64,000 nt of DNA from Methylococcaceae bacterium. Its GTDB lineage: Bacteria; Pseudomonadota; Gammaproteobacteria; Methylococcales; Methylomonadaceae. The notes beneath the pieces were generated by a model. That model made no database searches. It was not told where the DNA came from and saw only the letters and a list, made by a program, of their open reading frames with translations. Within the stretch, counting starts at the first letter, position 1. Every line of letters begins with the position of its first letter. The stretch covers positions 17,357-81,356 of the forward strand of contig SPJS01000197.1 of NCBI GenBank assembly GCA_006844705.1, in the 5' to 3' direction. The position numbers and the translations under genes are program-made. Positions 18,322 to 30,208 of this stretch are shown in pieces.

Positions 18322-19556
18322 CAGAACAACAAGCGGCTGATACGGTTGCGGAAAATCAGGAGCAGCCGGTACAGGTTCAAGTTAAAAATTCCAATAATTC
18401 AACGCTGTTGGTTATTGTGCTGGTTGTATTGATGTTGGTCCTGGCCGGCGCAGGATTTTATTTGATCCAGCAATTGCGCGAGCAGTTGGATACAACCGCC
18501 CATCAGAACGAGCTGAAAATGATTGAGATGAACAAGCAGGTGAATGCTTATCAATCTCAACTGGCTGCCATGCAATCACAACTTGCCACGATGGACGCGG
18601 ATGTGACGGGAAAAGATAGCTATTTCGACAAGAAAATCACGGATTTTTCCGAGCTGCATAGTGAAAAGCTGAACCTGGTGCGTAAGGAGCTGGGAGATTC
18701 CATCACCTTTGTACAAAGGCAATTAGGCAAAACCCGCGGGGACTGGCTGGTTGCTGATGCTGAATATTTATTGAGTGTCGCAAATCAACGCCTTTATCTG
18801 GTCGGCGATTTGAATACGACCCGCGAAGCGTTGATTGCTGCAGATCAACGATTGCGTGAAAGTGGTGATGCTTCAGTGTTCAAAGTGCGGGAACAAATTA
18901 CCAAAGAACTGGATGCACTGAATCAGACCAGCATGCCCGATATTGTGGGCAATTATGCGACGTTGCAGAACCTGAAAGAGAAAGTGAAAGAACTAGCCGT
19001 ACGTTTGCCGCATGCCGGCAAAAAAATCACCGAATCCAGTTCTATTCACAGTCATGAATCTCCTGATGATCATAAACATAGTGTTCTGACCACTATCTTT
19101 GCTCAATTGGAAGGTTATGTTACGTTGCGCCACAGTGATTTGGCTGTGACAGAGATTTTGAAACCGGAAGAGGCCAAGTTTATCAAAAGCCAGATGGGGG
19201 CAAAACTTGAGCTGATCAAAATTGCCATGGTGCAGGAAAATGATGCGCTGTATAAAGAAGCCATTACCGATGCTCAGCAATGGTTGAAAGCCAACTTTAC
19301 CATGAATGAGTTTGCCCAGGCCTTCAATAAAGAGCTTGATCAACTGTTTCAGGTGCAAAGTAAGGGGAGTTATCCGGATATCAGTGTCTCATTGAAAATG
19401 TTGCGTGATATTGTCAAACTGAGAATTGACGGCGACAAGGTGATTATGGATCAGTCAACCCCTGAAACCGTGCAAGATACCAAACCTATTCAAGCGCCTG
19501 AACCCGCATTAGCCGCCGAACCTGAATCAGCTGAAACGTCAGCGCCAGCCGAATAA
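18309..19556 (+). CDS. hemX: HemX family membrane-anchored protein
   Basis: N-terminal TM, coiled coil, DWLVADAEYLL...ADQRL motif; hemCD synteny. Confidence 0.88.
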   Translation: MAEVTEQQAADTVAENQEQPVQVQVKNSNNSTLLVIVLVVLMLVLAGAGFYLIQQLREQLDTTAHQNELKMIEMNKQVNAYQSQLAAMQSQLATMDADVTGKDSYFDKKITDFSELHSEKLNLVRKELGDSITFVQRQLGKTRGDWLVADAEYLLSVANQRLYLVGDLNTTREALIAADQRLRESGDASVFKVREQITKELDALNQTSMPDIVGNYATLQNLKEKVKELAVRLPHAGKKITESSSIHSHESPDDHKHSVLTTIFAQLEGYVTLRHSDLAVTEILKPEEAKFIKSQMGAKLELIKIAMVQENDALYKEAITDAQQWLKANFTMNEFAQAFNKELDQLFQVQSKGSYPDISVSLKMLRDIVKLRIDGDKVIMDQSTPETVQDTKPIQAPEPALAAEPESAETSAPAE

Positions 19557-19562
19557 CAGAAG

Positions 19563-20798
19563 ATGATGAAAAGTATCCTTTTTTTTCTTGGCGCGCTGGT
19601 TATTGCAATACTGTTAGCGTTTGGTATTCATGCGTGGCTGACTCAATATGATGATCCCGGCTATGTATTGATGGGGTTTGGCCACTGGTCGCTGGAAACA
19701 TCGTTGGTGGTGTTTCTGATGGCACTGATATTTGCATTTTTCTGTTTTTATTTTTTCTTCCGCTTACTGGGCTATCTGTTCCGACTGCCAGGGCGAATGA
19801 AAAACAAAGGGCGTTCTGTCAAAATGAATCGTTCTCAGGACGCTTTGATTGCAGGGCTGGTTGATTCAGCTGAAGGGAACTGGGAAAAGGCGGAAAAAGT
19901 GTTGATAAAACATGCGACCAACAGCGGTGCCCCTTTATTGCATTATTTGACAGCGGCACGCGCAGCGCAGTCGAGAGGTGCAATCGCCAAGCGTGATGAA
20001 TACCTTGGCATGGCCGCACAACAATCAGCCGATACGGATATTGCAGTGGGCTTAACCCGTGCCGAACTGCATTTGTCTGAAAAACAGTTTGATCAGGCAT
20101 TGCAGACATTGACCGAACTGCATACTATTGACCCTGGTCATGCCAGTGTTTTGAAAATGATGCATCAAAGTTATGAGTTGGCAGGTGATTGGGAAGGGTT
20201 AAGCAAGTTAATTCCGTCATTGCACAAAAACAAAATATTGATGGAAGCGGAAGTTAAACTGCTGGAAACGGAAACCCACAGTAATTTGCTTAGACAGGCC
20301 GCACATGATGGCAGTATAGGCGAGATTCAATCGTGTTGGGAAAACGTACCGGAACATATTCGATTGGTGCCCGGCGTTTCCAGTATTTATTATGCCGCCA
20401 TGATTGAAGTGGGGGCGGGCGCAGCAATAGAAGAAGCGCTGGTGAATTCGTTGATAAAAGGCTGGGATCATACGTTACTTGTACTGTACGGCAATATTCA
20501 GATGGAAGATTACGCAAAACAGTTACAAACAGCAGAGCAGTGGCTGGCCGTTCATCCTCATGATGCTGTGTTGTTACGCGTTTTGGGTAAAATTAGTGCA
20601 AAATGCGAGCAAATGGAAAAAGCAGAACAATATCTGGCAAAAAGTATTGCTTCAGACCCTACCGTGGCAGCCTATCAAATGTTGGGTGACCTGCTTATGG
20701 GAAAAGGTGAAATGGAAAAAGCCAGTGACTGCTTTAAAAAAGGGCTGGAACTGGCATCGACAGAAGTTGTGCAAAGCGTAGAGAAAATTTCCGGATAA
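19563..20798 (+). CDS. hemY: HemY-N/TPR heme biosynthesis-associated protein
   Basis: DPGYVL...ETSL, EGNWEKAEK, TPR repeats; follows hemX. Confidence 0.88.
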   Translation: MMKSILFFLGALVIAILLAFGIHAWLTQYDDPGYVLMGFGHWSLETSLVVFLMALIFAFFCFYFFFRLLGYLFRLPGRMKNKGRSVKMNRSQDALIAGLVDSAEGNWEKAEKVLIKHATNSGAPLLHYLTAARAAQSRGAIAKRDEYLGMAAQQSADTDIAVGLTRAELHLSEKQFDQALQTLTELHTIDPGHASVLKMMHQSYELAGDWEGLSKLIPSLHKNKILMEAEVKLLETETHSNLLRQAAHDGSIGEIQSCWENVPEHIRLVPGVSSIYYAAMIEVGAGAAIEEALVNSLIKGWDHTLLVLYGNIQMEDYAKQLQTAEQWLAVHPHDAVLLRVLGKISAKCEQMEKAEQYLAKSIASDPTVAAYQMLGDLLMGKGEMEKASDCFKKGLELASTEVVQSVEKISG

Positions 20799-20822
20799 AT
20801 TTGTCTAAACATTTCTTATAGC

Positions 20823-21485
20823 GTGGTGAATGACGTGAGGGACAAAATTAGTGTCTTACTAGTTGATGACCATGCCGTTGTCAGGGCTGGATATAAGACG
20901 TTTCTGCAACTTGCCGATCTTGTCGGGCAGGTTCATGAAGCGGATGACGGTAAATCAGCCTGTCAGGCTTATCAGACATATCGTCCTGATGTTGTCATTC
21001 TTGATTTGTCTATGCCTGGAATAGGCGGGCTGGAAACAATCCGCAGGTTACTGGCTTATGATGCTTTGTGCAAAATTCTTGTATTTAGCATGCATAATGA
21101 AGCTGTGTTTATTAACCGTGCGCTTCAAGCAGGTGCAAAAGGCTATATTGATAAAAGCAGTGCGCCGGAAACGTTAGTCAATGCATTATACAGAGTGGCT
21201 CAGGGCGAGCTCTTTATGGCAGACAGTTTGGCAGATACCCTGCCAGATCACGCTGATGAAGATACTGATACCCTTCGATTGAACTTATTATCTCCCAGAG
21301 AGTTTGAGGTTTTTTGCCTGCTTGCCAGTGGGCTGACGTCTAAAGACGCGGCTGAAAAGTTGTTTTTAAGCAATAAAACTATCTGCAATCATGCAACGTC
21401 AATCAAAGAAAAACTGGCTGTAAAATCTGTTGCAGAATTGACGTTAATGGCTGCCCGGCTTGGCTTAATCACTACGCAGCTTTAG
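20823..21485 (+). CDS. NarL/LuxR-family response regulator (no adjacent kinase)
   Basis: LLVDDHAVVR, ILDLSMP, GAKGYIDK, LSPREFEV HTH. Confidence 0.92.
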   Translation: MVNDVRDKISVLLVDDHAVVRAGYKTFLQLADLVGQVHEADDGKSACQAYQTYRPDVVILDLSMPGIGGLETIRRLLAYDALCKILVFSMHNEAVFINRALQAGAKGYIDKSSAPETLVNALYRVAQGELFMADSLADTLPDHADEDTDTLRLNLLSPREFEVFCLLASGLTSKDAAEKLFLSNKTICNHATSIKEKLAVKSVAELTLMAARLGLITTQL

Positions 21486-21597
21486 CTTGAGAGAACGCTC
21501 CTGATCATTTAACCTTAACGGTGAGTAATTGAAACTCACTGTAGGTGTGTTTAGACAATATTACCAATGATCATTCTAACTTGATACTCAGTCACTC

Positions 21598-24500
21598 ATG
21601 AATACCCCATCACAGCCGTCAACACCTGAAAGCCAGAGGTTGTTCAAAACTTTATGGTTCATTTATTTGTTTTTATTGATTTATGGAACCTTGTTTCCCA
21701 TCGGTGACTGGGATTGGGAGCAGGGAAGCATAAGCCGTTTTTTTTCAATTGCAGTTCCCGAAAATGTATCTAAAGCTGATTTTGTCATGAACTTGATTGT
21801 TTATGTCCCATTTGGCTTTTTAGGCGTACTTGTCAGTCAATCACGACGTGCATCCGCCATTATTATGATGGGGATAGCCGGATTGTGTTTGTCATTTTGT
21901 CTGGAGTTTTTTCAGCAATTCCTGCCACAAAGGGTGACCTCCTTGTCTGATGTGTTGTTAAATACGTTAGGCAGTTTCGCCGGTGCCTGGTGGGCATTTT
22001 TATTTGGTCATTCAGCGGTACAGAAACGTCTCCATCTGTGGGCAAAAAATAATGTCTCGGACAAACCTTTAAGTAAGCTCGGATTGTTTTCAGTCTGTTT
22101 ATGGAGCAGTGCGCAACTGAGTCCTTTTGTTCCTTCAATTGAATTAAGTTATTTGTTGCAAGGGGTGTCTCCTCTGCTAAGAACGTTGACGGACTTTAGT
22201 TTGTTTAATGTTAAAAAATATTTAGCAGAAGCCTTGTTGTTCAGTGTTTACATGATAATTGCGCGAACGTCATTAGTAAGATCGCCTGCAAATTTAAAAC
22301 TGATCCTGCTCTTTTTTAGTGGTGTTCTACTACTGAAAATACCGGTGTTAAGCCGCCAGATTTCTCTGGAAAACCTATTGGCAATGTTATCTGCTTTCCT
22401 GGTTTTACTGGTGACGTATCAAATTAAATATAACTCCCTTAAACACCAGGCATTTTTTGCAGCTTTAGCGAGCTATTGCATAAGCTCTCTGGTCTATGGG
22501 AACAATGATGCATTGCATGAGATGAACTGGATTCCATTCGCCCAACAAATGAATACATTGGTGGGCATAGATGACCTGATTGCTCAAATCGCCTTGTTTT
22601 CTGCTATCAGTTTTCTAATGGCTTCGTGTTTTCCTCAAAAGAAAGAAATGTTGCTGTTATGGGGCAGTGTATTCCTAATTATTTTTGTTTTCGGGTTGGA
22701 ATGGAGTCAGCAGTACATTCCTGGGCGTTACAGTGATATTACTGATGTTGTCATCGCGTTTTCCACCTGGCTGGTGTTTATTACATCGACGAATGAATAT
22801 CAGAGCCAGGCTGAAAAACCGATTACTAAGTCGCGACGTCGTTCAAAAAGTAAAATGTCAGCGTATATTATAGGCGCAGGTTTTTTTGCTCCAGTATTAC
22901 TGTTGATATTTTGGAATCAAGAAATAACAAGTAGTAACTCTATTCAGGCCCCGGCGTACAATCAACCTTTATATACTCTGCCTGAAATTAATGAGCTTCC
23001 TGCTGTGAATTTGCCTGGTTTTATGGCTGATCATCCGCGGCTACCTTCCCCTGATTTTTCTGACATTAGAACATTACAGATGAAAAATCCGCTGTACTTT
23101 AAAAATAAGCGTATTTCGGCTCAACGCGGAGATATCAATGCGAGAATTCTGATCGCATATACATCTCCCGGGGAAATTGACCTGAATCGTTTACATGAAG
23201 ATTTAATGGCATTGAAATTTTCTGGCCGTGGACAAGCCCAAACAAATCCTATTGCTGTTGCTTATGACTGGTTGTATTTACAGTGGACGCATAGTCAACA
23301 ATCTTCATTGAGAAGGAAATTGGTTGAAGCCTGTGATTACCAAATTCATATTATCCGCAACAAAATGGCGTTGTCTCCCTACAATGTGTTCCTTTATAAC
23401 AGTCCATTCCAATCGATGATGATGGCAGCAATTGCTTTGCACAAGGATATTCCAGAGCAGGATGATTTATGCATGAGATTTACTCATGATTATTGGAAAA
23501 ACCGAGTTTTACCTGTGTGGCGGCAAGTGATGGGTAAAAATGGCGGTTGGCATGAGGGGGCTGAATATGTAGCGATTGGTATTGGAAAGGCGGTATATAA
23601 AGTTCCTGCCATGTGGAGGGCTGCTACCGGAGAGGATTATTTATTGAAGGAATCGGGTATTTCAGGCTTTTTGGATTTTCTGGTGTACCGCACACGCCCT
23701 GATGGCAGTCACATTCGCTGGGGGGACGGGATGTTTTTTAACCGAAAAGTACAGGATAAAAATGCATTGGCAATTGAATTGAATCATTTCGCTGCTTACA
23801 GCTTGCATGGTTGTCCTGAAGAAAACATGCCTTCATCGTATCCTTGGGGGCCATTAACCTCAAACTATTATTGTCTGTTTGAGGCTGAAAAAAAGCTACC
23901 TTTAACCAAATGGTTTGATGGAATAGGGATGGTGATTGCCCGTAGCAGCTGGGAAAAAGATGCCACCTATGTGGTTTTTAAGACGGGTGATAATTATTGG
24001 TCACATACCCATCTTGATCAAGGCGCATTTACTATTTTTAAAGGTGCTCCGTTGGCTATTGATAGTGGGGTATACCATGGATATGGTTCAGATCATCATA
24101 AAAATTATATGTATCAGTCGATAGCTCACAATGTTATTACTGTAACCGATCCAGAGGATAACCTCCCGTTGCTGAGTAAGAAAAACAAAAAAAATAAAAA
24201 GCCCCGCTCGATAGCAAACGACGGTGGGCAACGACGAGTAGGGTCAGGGTGGGGCAGGCGAGCCCCTTTAGATATTCATGAATGGAATCAACATATTGAT
24301 GACTATCATACTGGGAAAATTGAACGATTTTATGAAGATAAACAGTTTGTTGTCGCCATTGCAAACTTGACACCAGCGTATACGAATTCTAAATCTGGGA
24401 CAGGGACATTTCATGCAAGAACCCGTAGAGTAGAAGATTACTGGAGAATTTTCGTTTATGACCGGGTATTTGATGCCGTGTTGATTTTTGACAATATTAC

Positions 24501-25038
24501 GGCGACTGATGAAAGTTTCACCAAAAGATCAATCTTTCATTCATTAAATCGACCTTATATGGTGGGGAATCGCATTACAACCAGAGCAGAAGGGCGAGCC
24601 AGGTCAAACCAGGTGGATGGGGTGCTGGATGCAACCGTGTTATTCCCCCGGCAATCGTATATAAACATCATCGGCGGGAAAGGCAATGAGTTTTTTGTAG
24701 GTTACAAAAACTATGATGAAAAAGGGAAATTATCAGGCAATATGGATAATGGAAGAAAATATCCGGTAGAACCGGGAAAGTGGAGGGTTGAAGTCATTCC
24801 TTCCAACCCCCAAAAACAGAACCAGTTTTTGACGGTTTATGATCCAAAACTCTCAACGCAGGAAAAAGAAATGGATGTATTACCCATTTCAGACAATGAA
24901 GGTGTGGGTGCTGAGTTAAAACAAAAGGATAGAAGTCATTTGTTTATGTTTTCTAAGCAATCTAAACAGCTGACGATTCATATTCATTCTGAAGAAAATA
25001 AAGAGCAAGAAATAGTGATTTCGAACCGGCCTCAATGA
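21598..25038 (+). CDS. VanZ-family multi-TM domain fused to a heparinase II/III-like polysaccharide lyase
   Basis: Two VanZ signatures (NLIVYVPFG...LEFFQ...R...SDVLLNTLG; LEWSQ...GRYSDITDV); C-terminal GGWHEG, RWGD, SHTHLDQGAF, AHNVITV. Confidence 0.75.
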   Translation: MNTPSQPSTPESQRLFKTLWFIYLFLLIYGTLFPIGDWDWEQGSISRFFSIAVPENVSKADFVMNLIVYVPFGFLGVLVSQSRRASAIIMMGIAGLCLSFCLEFFQQFLPQRVTSLSDVLLNTLGSFAGAWWAFLFGHSAVQKRLHLWAKNNVSDKPLSKLGLFSVCLWSSAQLSPFVPSIELSYLLQGVSPLLRTLTDFSLFNVKKYLAEALLFSVYMIIARTSLVRSPANLKLILLFFSGVLLLKIPVLSRQISLENLLAMLSAFLVLLVTYQIKYNSLKHQAFFAALASYCISSLVYGNNDALHEMNWIPFAQQMNTLVGIDDLIAQIALFSAISFLMASCFPQKKEMLLLWGSVFLIIFVFGLEWSQQYIPGRYSDITDVVIAFSTWLVFITSTNEYQSQAEKPITKSRRRSKSKMSAYIIGAGFFAPVLLLIFWNQEITSSNSIQAPAYNQPLYTLPEINELPAVNLPGFMADHPRLPSPDFSDIRTLQMKNPLYFKNKRISAQRGDINARILIAYTSPGEIDLNRLHEDLMALKFSGRGQAQTNPIAVAYDWLYLQWTHSQQSSLRRKLVEACDYQIHIIRNKMALSPYNVFLYNSPFQSMMMAAIALHKDIPEQDDLCMRFTHDYWKNRVLPVWRQVMGKNGGWHEGAEYVAIGIGKAVYKVPAMWRAATGEDYLLKESGISGFLDFLVYRTRPDGSHIRWGDGMFFNRKVQDKNALAIELNHFAAYSLHGCPEENMPSSYPWGPLTSNYYCLFEAEKKLPLTKWFDGIGMVIARSSWEKDATYVVFKTGDNYWSHTHLDQGAFTIFKGAPLAIDSGVYHGYGSDHHKNYMYQSIAHNVITVTDPEDNLPLLSKKNKKNKKPRSIANDGGQRRVGSGWGRRAPLDIHEWNQHIDDYHTGKIERFYEDKQFVVAIANLTPAYTNSKSGTGTFHARTRRVEDYWRIFVYDRVFDAVLIFDNITATDESFTKRSIFHSLNRPYMVGNRITTRAEGRARSNQVDGVLDATVLFPRQSYINIIGGKGNEFFVGYKNYDEKGKLSGNMDNGRKYPVEPGKWRVEVIPSNPQKQNQFLTVYDPKLSTQEKEMDVLPISDNEGVGAELKQKDRSHLFMFSKQSKQLTIHIHSEENKEQEIVISNRPQ

Positions 25039-25105
25039 AGAGAAGGTCGCATGTTTTCGGAATGGGTCATGTTGACCGAGTAAATTCAACTGGGGGATTT
25101 CAGGG

Positions 25106-26566
25106 CTAAAAAAGCTGATCCCATAAGTTGTCAACGTGCTTCACCACTGCTTCATCCATGACAATCGGTTTCCCCCATTCGCGGCTGGTTTCTCCCGGCC
25201 ATTTATTGGTGGCATCGAAGCCGACTTTGGAACCCAGGCCAGAAACCGGTGAAGCAAAGTCAAGATAGTCAATAGGCGTGTTTTCCAGCAAGGTGGTATC
25301 ACGGGCAGGATCCATGCGTGTGGTCATCGCCCAGATGACATCCTGCCAGTTGCGTGCATCCACATCATCATCAACGACGATGACGAATTTGGTGTACATA
25401 AACTGGCGCAAGTAAGACCAGGTGCCGAACATGACGCGTTTAGCATGGCCAGGGTATTGTTTTTTCATGCTGATGACGGCCATGCGGTAGGAGCAGCCTT
25501 CCGGCGGCAGGTAAAAGTCGATAATTTCCGGGAACTGCTTTTGCAGAATCGGGACGAAGACCTCGTTAAGCGCCACGCCTAAAACAGCCGGTTCATCCGG
25601 TGGACGGCCGGTGTAGGTACTGTGATAGATGGGGGATTGGCGTTGGGTGATGCGTTCGATGGTAAATACTGGAAATTCTTCGACTTCATTGTAATAACCT
25701 GTATGGTCACCATACGGGCCTTCCGGCGCGGTTTCACCAGGGTAGATAAAGCCTTCCAGTACGATTTCGGCGCTGGCAGGCACTTGCAAGCCAGTGAGTA
25801 CGCCATTGGCCACTTCGGTTTTACTTCCGCGTAACAACCCGGCAAAGGCATATTCTGACAGAGGATCGGGCACCGGGGTGACTGCGCCCAGAATGGTGGC
25901 AGGGTCAGCCCCCAATGCGACGGCAATCGGGAAGGGTTTATCGGGATGTGTCGCCAGCCAGTCTTGATAATCCAGTGCACCGCCACGATGTGCCAGCCAG
26001 CGCATGATCACCTTGTTTTTGCCGATCACCTGCTGACGGTAAATCCCCAGGTTTTGGCGATCTTTGTTGGGGCCTTTGGTAATCACCAGCGGCCAGGTAA
26101 TCAGTGGCGCTGCATCTTCCGGCCAACAGGTCTGGATCGGATAATTGGACAGATCAATGTCATCTCCTTGCACTATAACTTCCTGGCACGGTGGTGATTT
26201 AATCACTTTGGGCGCCATGTTAAGTACTTGCTTGAATACCGGCAGTTTCTCTACTGCATCAAACATGCCCTTGGGAGGTTCAGGCTCTTTTAAATAAGCC
26301 AGCAGTTTGCCGATCTCACGCAGTTCGCCGACCGATTCTGCCCCCATGCCCATAGCAACGCGTTTAGGTGTGCCAAACAGATTAGCTAGTACCGGGATAT
26401 CAAAACCGGTGGGGTTTTCAAACAACAGCGCCGGGCCTTCCTGTTTTAGCACGCGGTCGCTGATTTCAGTCATCTCCAGCACTGGGCTGATGTTCATGCT
26501 GATGCGCTTTAGTTCGCCTTGTTTCTCCAGCTGCGCGATAAAGTCTCTGAGGTCTTTGTATTTCAT
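25106..26566 (-). CDS. ubiD: 4-hydroxy-3-polyprenylbenzoate decarboxylase
   Basis: [37 protein letters not shown]. Confidence 0.97.
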   Translation of the reverse strand: MKYKDLRDFIAQLEKQGELKRISMNISPVLEMTEISDRVLKQEGPALLFENPTGFDIPVLANLFGTPKRVAMGMGAESVGELREIGKLLAYLKEPEPPKGMFDAVEKLPVFKQVLNMAPKVIKSPPCQEVIVQGDDIDLSNYPIQTCWPEDAAPLITWPLVITKGPNKDRQNLGIYRQQVIGKNKVIMRWLAHRGGALDYQDWLATHPDKPFPIAVALGADPATILGAVTPVPDPLSEYAFAGLLRGSKTEVANGVLTGLQVPASAEIVLEGFIYPGETAPEGPYGDHTGYYNEVEEFPVFTIERITQRQSPIYHSTYTGRPPDEPAVLGVALNEVFVPILQKQFPEIIDFYLPPEGCSYRMAVISMKKQYPGHAKRVMFGTWSYLRQFMYTKFVIVVDDDVDARNWQDVIWAMTTRMDPARDTTLLENTPIDYLDFASPVSGLGSKVGFDATNKWPGETSREWGKPIVMDEAVVKHVDNLWDQLF

Positions 26567-28602
26567 GCAGCAATGCCGTTGTGGCGTAGCAGAGCGTCAA
26601 TTTGCGGTTCACGGCCACGGAAGTTTTTGAACAAAGTCATGGCATCTTCACTGCCGCCTTTTTCCAGGATATTGTGTAAAAAAGCTTCACCAGTGGCGCG
26701 GTCGAAAATGCCGTTTTCTTCAAACAGTGAGAAGGCATCGCTGGACAGTACTTCCGCCCATTTATAACTGTAGTATCCGGCGGCATACCCCCCGGCAAAA
26801 ATATGCGAAAAGCTATGCGCAAAGCGATTAAAGTCAGGGACTTTTACTACAGCTACCTGATCTCGCACGTGTTGCAGAATATCGTAAATGCGGCCGCCTT
26901 GTGCGGGGTCGTATTCAAGGTGAATACGGAAATCAAACAGGCTGAATTCCAGTTGTCTGGCCATCAGCATGCCAGCTTGAAAGTTTTTGGCGGCCAGCAT
27001 TTTCTCGAACAACTCGTCCGGTAGCGGTTCACCGGTTTGGTAATGGCCAGAAATTAACCTAAGCGCTTCTTTCTCCCAGCACCAGTTTTCCATAAACTGG
27101 CTGGGCAGCTCGACCGCATCCCACTCCACGCCATTAATGCCGGATACACCCAGGTGGTCGATCTGGGTCAGCATGTGGTGCAGGCCGTGACCGAATTCAT
27201 GAAACAGAGTTTCCACTTCGTCATGGGTCAGCAGAGCAGGTTGGTCGCCCGTAGGCGGGGTGAAGTTGCAGGTCAGGTAGGCGACTGGATTTTGCAGCGT
27301 GTCACTGTGTTTTTTGCGTCCCACACAATCATCCATCCATGCGCCGCCGCGTTTGTGCTGTCGCGCATAGAGGTCAAGATAAAAGCGACCTCGCAGGTGT
27401 CCGTTCTGGTCTTTGATCTCAAAAAATTGAACATCATCATGCCAGCGGTCAAATTCATCGATTTCTGTAATGTGCAGGCCGTAGAGTTTTTCCACCACCG
27501 CGAACATGCCGGGAATGACGCGGTTATCCGGAAAGTAGGCTTTGACTTCTTCCTGCGACAACTGGTAATGATGCTGGCGCATCTTCTCGGAATAATAGCT
27601 GATGTCCCATGATTCCAACTTGTCGATGCCGTAGTGTTCATGGGCAAACAGTTGCAGGTCGGACAGGTCATGTTCTGCCTGATGTTTGGATTTTTCCGCC
27701 AGGTCGTTAAGAAAATCGATGACCTGCTGCGGTTGTTCTGCCATTTTGGTGTACAGGGATAATTCTGCGTAATTGGCAAAGCCGAGCAAGTGAGCTTTCT
27801 CGTGGCGCAGGGACAGAATGTCTTCCATAATCTGCGTGTTATCCCATTGGTTGGCGTGCGGGCCTTGTTCCGATGCGCGGGTAGCGAATGCCTCATAATG
27901 TTCTCTGCGCAGCTCACGATTATCGGCATAGGTCATCACCGCCAGATAGGATGGAAACTGCAGGTTTATCATCCAACCCTCTTGGCCTTCCTGTTCGGCA
28001 CTTTGTTTTGCCTGTTGCAGGGCAGTGTCTGGCAGGCCGGCCAGCTCTTTTTCGTCAGTGATTAATTTACTCCAGAAATTGGTGGCATCCAGTACGTTGT
28101 CGCTAAACTGACTGGTGAGTTTGGATAATTGCTGACTGATTTCCTTGTAACGCGCCTGCTTATCTTCCGGTAGATCAATGCCGGACAGGCGAAAGTCACG
28201 CAAGGCATTGCTGATGATTTTTTGTTGGGCACTATCCAGTGTGGCAAACTCTTCGCCATCGGCAATGCTGCGATAGGCATTGTATAAATCCTTGTTTTGC
28301 CCCATTTCAGTGGCGTACTCGCTCAGCTTGGGTAAACAGGCATTGTAGGCATCGCGCAATGGGTCCGTGTTGACGACAGAATTCATGTGGCTGACCGGCG
28401 ACCAGGCCTTGTTCAGTTTGTCCTCGATTTCATCGATGGGGGCGACCAGGTTATCCCAAGTGTAACTGCTGTGCTTAGCCAGCTGCTCGGCAGTGACTTT
28501 ACGTGCATCAGCCAGTAACTGGTCAATTGCGGGTTCGATGTGTTCGGGTTTTAACTTGGAAAATTGAGGGAGATCGGTAGTTGCTAATAACGGGTTGGAC
28601 AT
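26563..28602 (-). CDS. prlC: Oligopeptidase A (M3 peptidase)
   Basis: [43 protein letters not shown]. Confidence 0.96.
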   Translation of the reverse strand: MSNPLLATTDLPQFSKLKPEHIEPAIDQLLADARKVTAEQLAKHSSYTWDNLVAPIDEIEDKLNKAWSPVSHMNSVVNTDPLRDAYNACLPKLSEYATEMGQNKDLYNAYRSIADGEEFATLDSAQQKIISNALRDFRLSGIDLPEDKQARYKEISQQLSKLTSQFSDNVLDATNFWSKLITDEKELAGLPDTALQQAKQSAEQEGQEGWMINLQFPSYLAVMTYADNRELRREHYEAFATRASEQGPHANQWDNTQIMEDILSLRHEKAHLLGFANYAELSLYTKMAEQPQQVIDFLNDLAEKSKHQAEHDLSDLQLFAHEHYGIDKLESWDISYYSEKMRQHHYQLSQEEVKAYFPDNRVIPGMFAVVEKLYGLHITEIDEFDRWHDDVQFFEIKDQNGHLRGRFYLDLYARQHKRGGAWMDDCVGRKKHSDTLQNPVAYLTCNFTPPTGDQPALLTHDEVETLFHEFGHGLHHMLTQIDHLGVSGINGVEWDAVELPSQFMENWCWEKEALRLISGHYQTGEPLPDELFEKMLAAKNFQAGMLMARQLEFSLFDFRIHLEYDPAQGGRIYDILQHVRDQVAVVKVPDFNRFAHSFSHIFAGGYAAGYYSYKWAEVLSSDAFSLFEENGIFDRATGEAFLHNILEKGGSEDAMTLFKNFRGREPQIDALLRHNGIAA

Positions 28603-28708
28603 GGGTTGATTATTTCAAGGCAAGTTATTTTGAATGCCATGCAGTGTAGCTTGTGAGGGACCAACCGACAACAGGTTTGTTTTTTGGTTATGAAAATAAC
28701 GGTTGATG

Positions 28709-29986
28709 TCAGATAAACAGGCGCATGGTTTCCTGCACTTTTTGTTTGGACTGATGAAGAATCAGTAATGTGTTCTCAGGAGATAAAGCAAAATCATTCA
28801 GTTTTCCAGATGCGGGAATAGCAGCAATTGGCGGCAAGGCGTGATGTTTGTTTTGATTGATTTGGGAGTGCAGGCGAGATAAAAGCACCAGGTCGGTTAG
28901 GGTAAGTTGAGGCTGTTGATGATAAAACCAGTTATTTGACTCCAGCGTGACATCAATAAATTCTCTGGAAAAGCTCCATTGCTCCAATACCATGGCACCG
29001 ACAACTTTTTTTACGGTAGGCAATGCCTGGTCTATTTCTTCTTTGTTTTGGTACTCCTGGGGCAAATTGGCGACAAAATTCAAAAAGGGGATGGCACCAA
29101 TATCGCAGACTAATCCTGCTAAAAGAGCTTCTTCCGGATTGTATTGTTTACTTTCCTTGGCAAGAACATAGCACAGACTGGAAAGTCTTACACTGTTTTG
29201 CCACAGATACTGCAGGTATTTTTTTATGTTTTCAGAATGCCCCTTGTAAACGCCTTTTATACAAAAACTGGTGACCAGGTTTTGCGTTGCATTCAAGCCA
29301 ATGCGTTTAACCGCATCATGGCAACTTTTCGCAGGATTTAGTGATAAATACAATGGGCAATTGGCAATATCAATGAGTTTTGCAGAGATAACAGGGTCAT
29401 GCTGAATAATGTCTGTGGCTTCTGCAATACCAATATCCTGTTGGATGGCTTCTCTGAGTTTCAGTGCAACTTTGGGTAAAGAAGAGACTTCCAGGCGTTC
29501 TTCCTTAAAATGTTGGGCAAACAGTTCCAGCAAGCGATTTTGCGCCAGCTTGGGAGGGATGACCAGCTCGGCATGGCCAGAGTCATCTTTAAGGCTCATA
29601 ATTGCAGGGGATACACGTAAAATGCAGACATCAGTTTTGGCAACGGCTGATGTGCTGTGAGTATGGCCTGAACATAAGGGAAAATTTGATAAAGCTGCAT
29701 TTGAATCAACGTCATGACTGTTTTTGTTCTGGTCTGTTAAAGAGACACAGCCATTTATCAGGTAAATCGCAGATTCGACCGGTTGTCCAAAAGTAAAAAG
29801 TGTTGTCCCTTTTAAAATGACTTCCGTATGTTGCTCACTGGCAAACGCAGAAAGCTTATCTTCGCTGAGTGAGCGAATAGGAATGAACTTTTTAAGCTGG
29901 TCAACAGAAAGTTGCTCACTCTCAATGCTCTTGTGATCTTTTTTATCGTTGCTTTTCTTTTTGAAAAACGATCCCATTGATGCCAT
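28709..29986 (-). CDS. cNMP-binding-like plus HDOD domain protein
   Basis: N-terminal cupin/cNMP pattern (TLF...YLINGCV...TSAVAKTD); HDOD motifs LPKVA, DPVISAKLI, LAGLVCDIG. Confidence 0.8.
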   Translation of the reverse strand: MASMGSFFKKKSNDKKDHKSIESEQLSVDQLKKFIPIRSLSEDKLSAFASEQHTEVILKGTTLFTFGQPVESAIYLINGCVSLTDQNKNSHDVDSNAALSNFPLCSGHTHSTSAVAKTDVCILRVSPAIMSLKDDSGHAELVIPPKLAQNRLLELFAQHFKEERLEVSSLPKVALKLREAIQQDIGIAEATDIIQHDPVISAKLIDIANCPLYLSLNPAKSCHDAVKRIGLNATQNLVTSFCIKGVYKGHSENIKKYLQYLWQNSVRLSSLCYVLAKESKQYNPEEALLAGLVCDIGAIPFLNFVANLPQEYQNKEEIDQALPTVKKVVGAMVLEQWSFSREFIDVTLESNNWFYHQQPQLTLTDLVLLSRLHSQINQNKHHALPPIAAIPASGKLNDFALSPENTLLILHQSKQKVQETMRLFI

Positions 29987-30208
29987 GTGTAATTTGAAAG
30001 CCAGTCTTATTTGTATCTAATTAGAAAATAATAGCATTTGTCTAATATTTTTTAGGTGACGGGGACAATTTTAGGGGTTAATGGTGTGTTATGCGCAGAC
30101 ATAACTAAAGATTTTGCTATGATTATTTCATCATAAATCAGCGATAGCCCACACGTTTAAAGATGTGCTGAAAAACATTACCTTTCTACAGTGTTTAATT
30201 AATATTTT

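Noticed and set aside
20823-21485. Calling the NarL regulator mxaB
   Set aside because: It shows only generic NarL motifs and no mxa genes are adjacent
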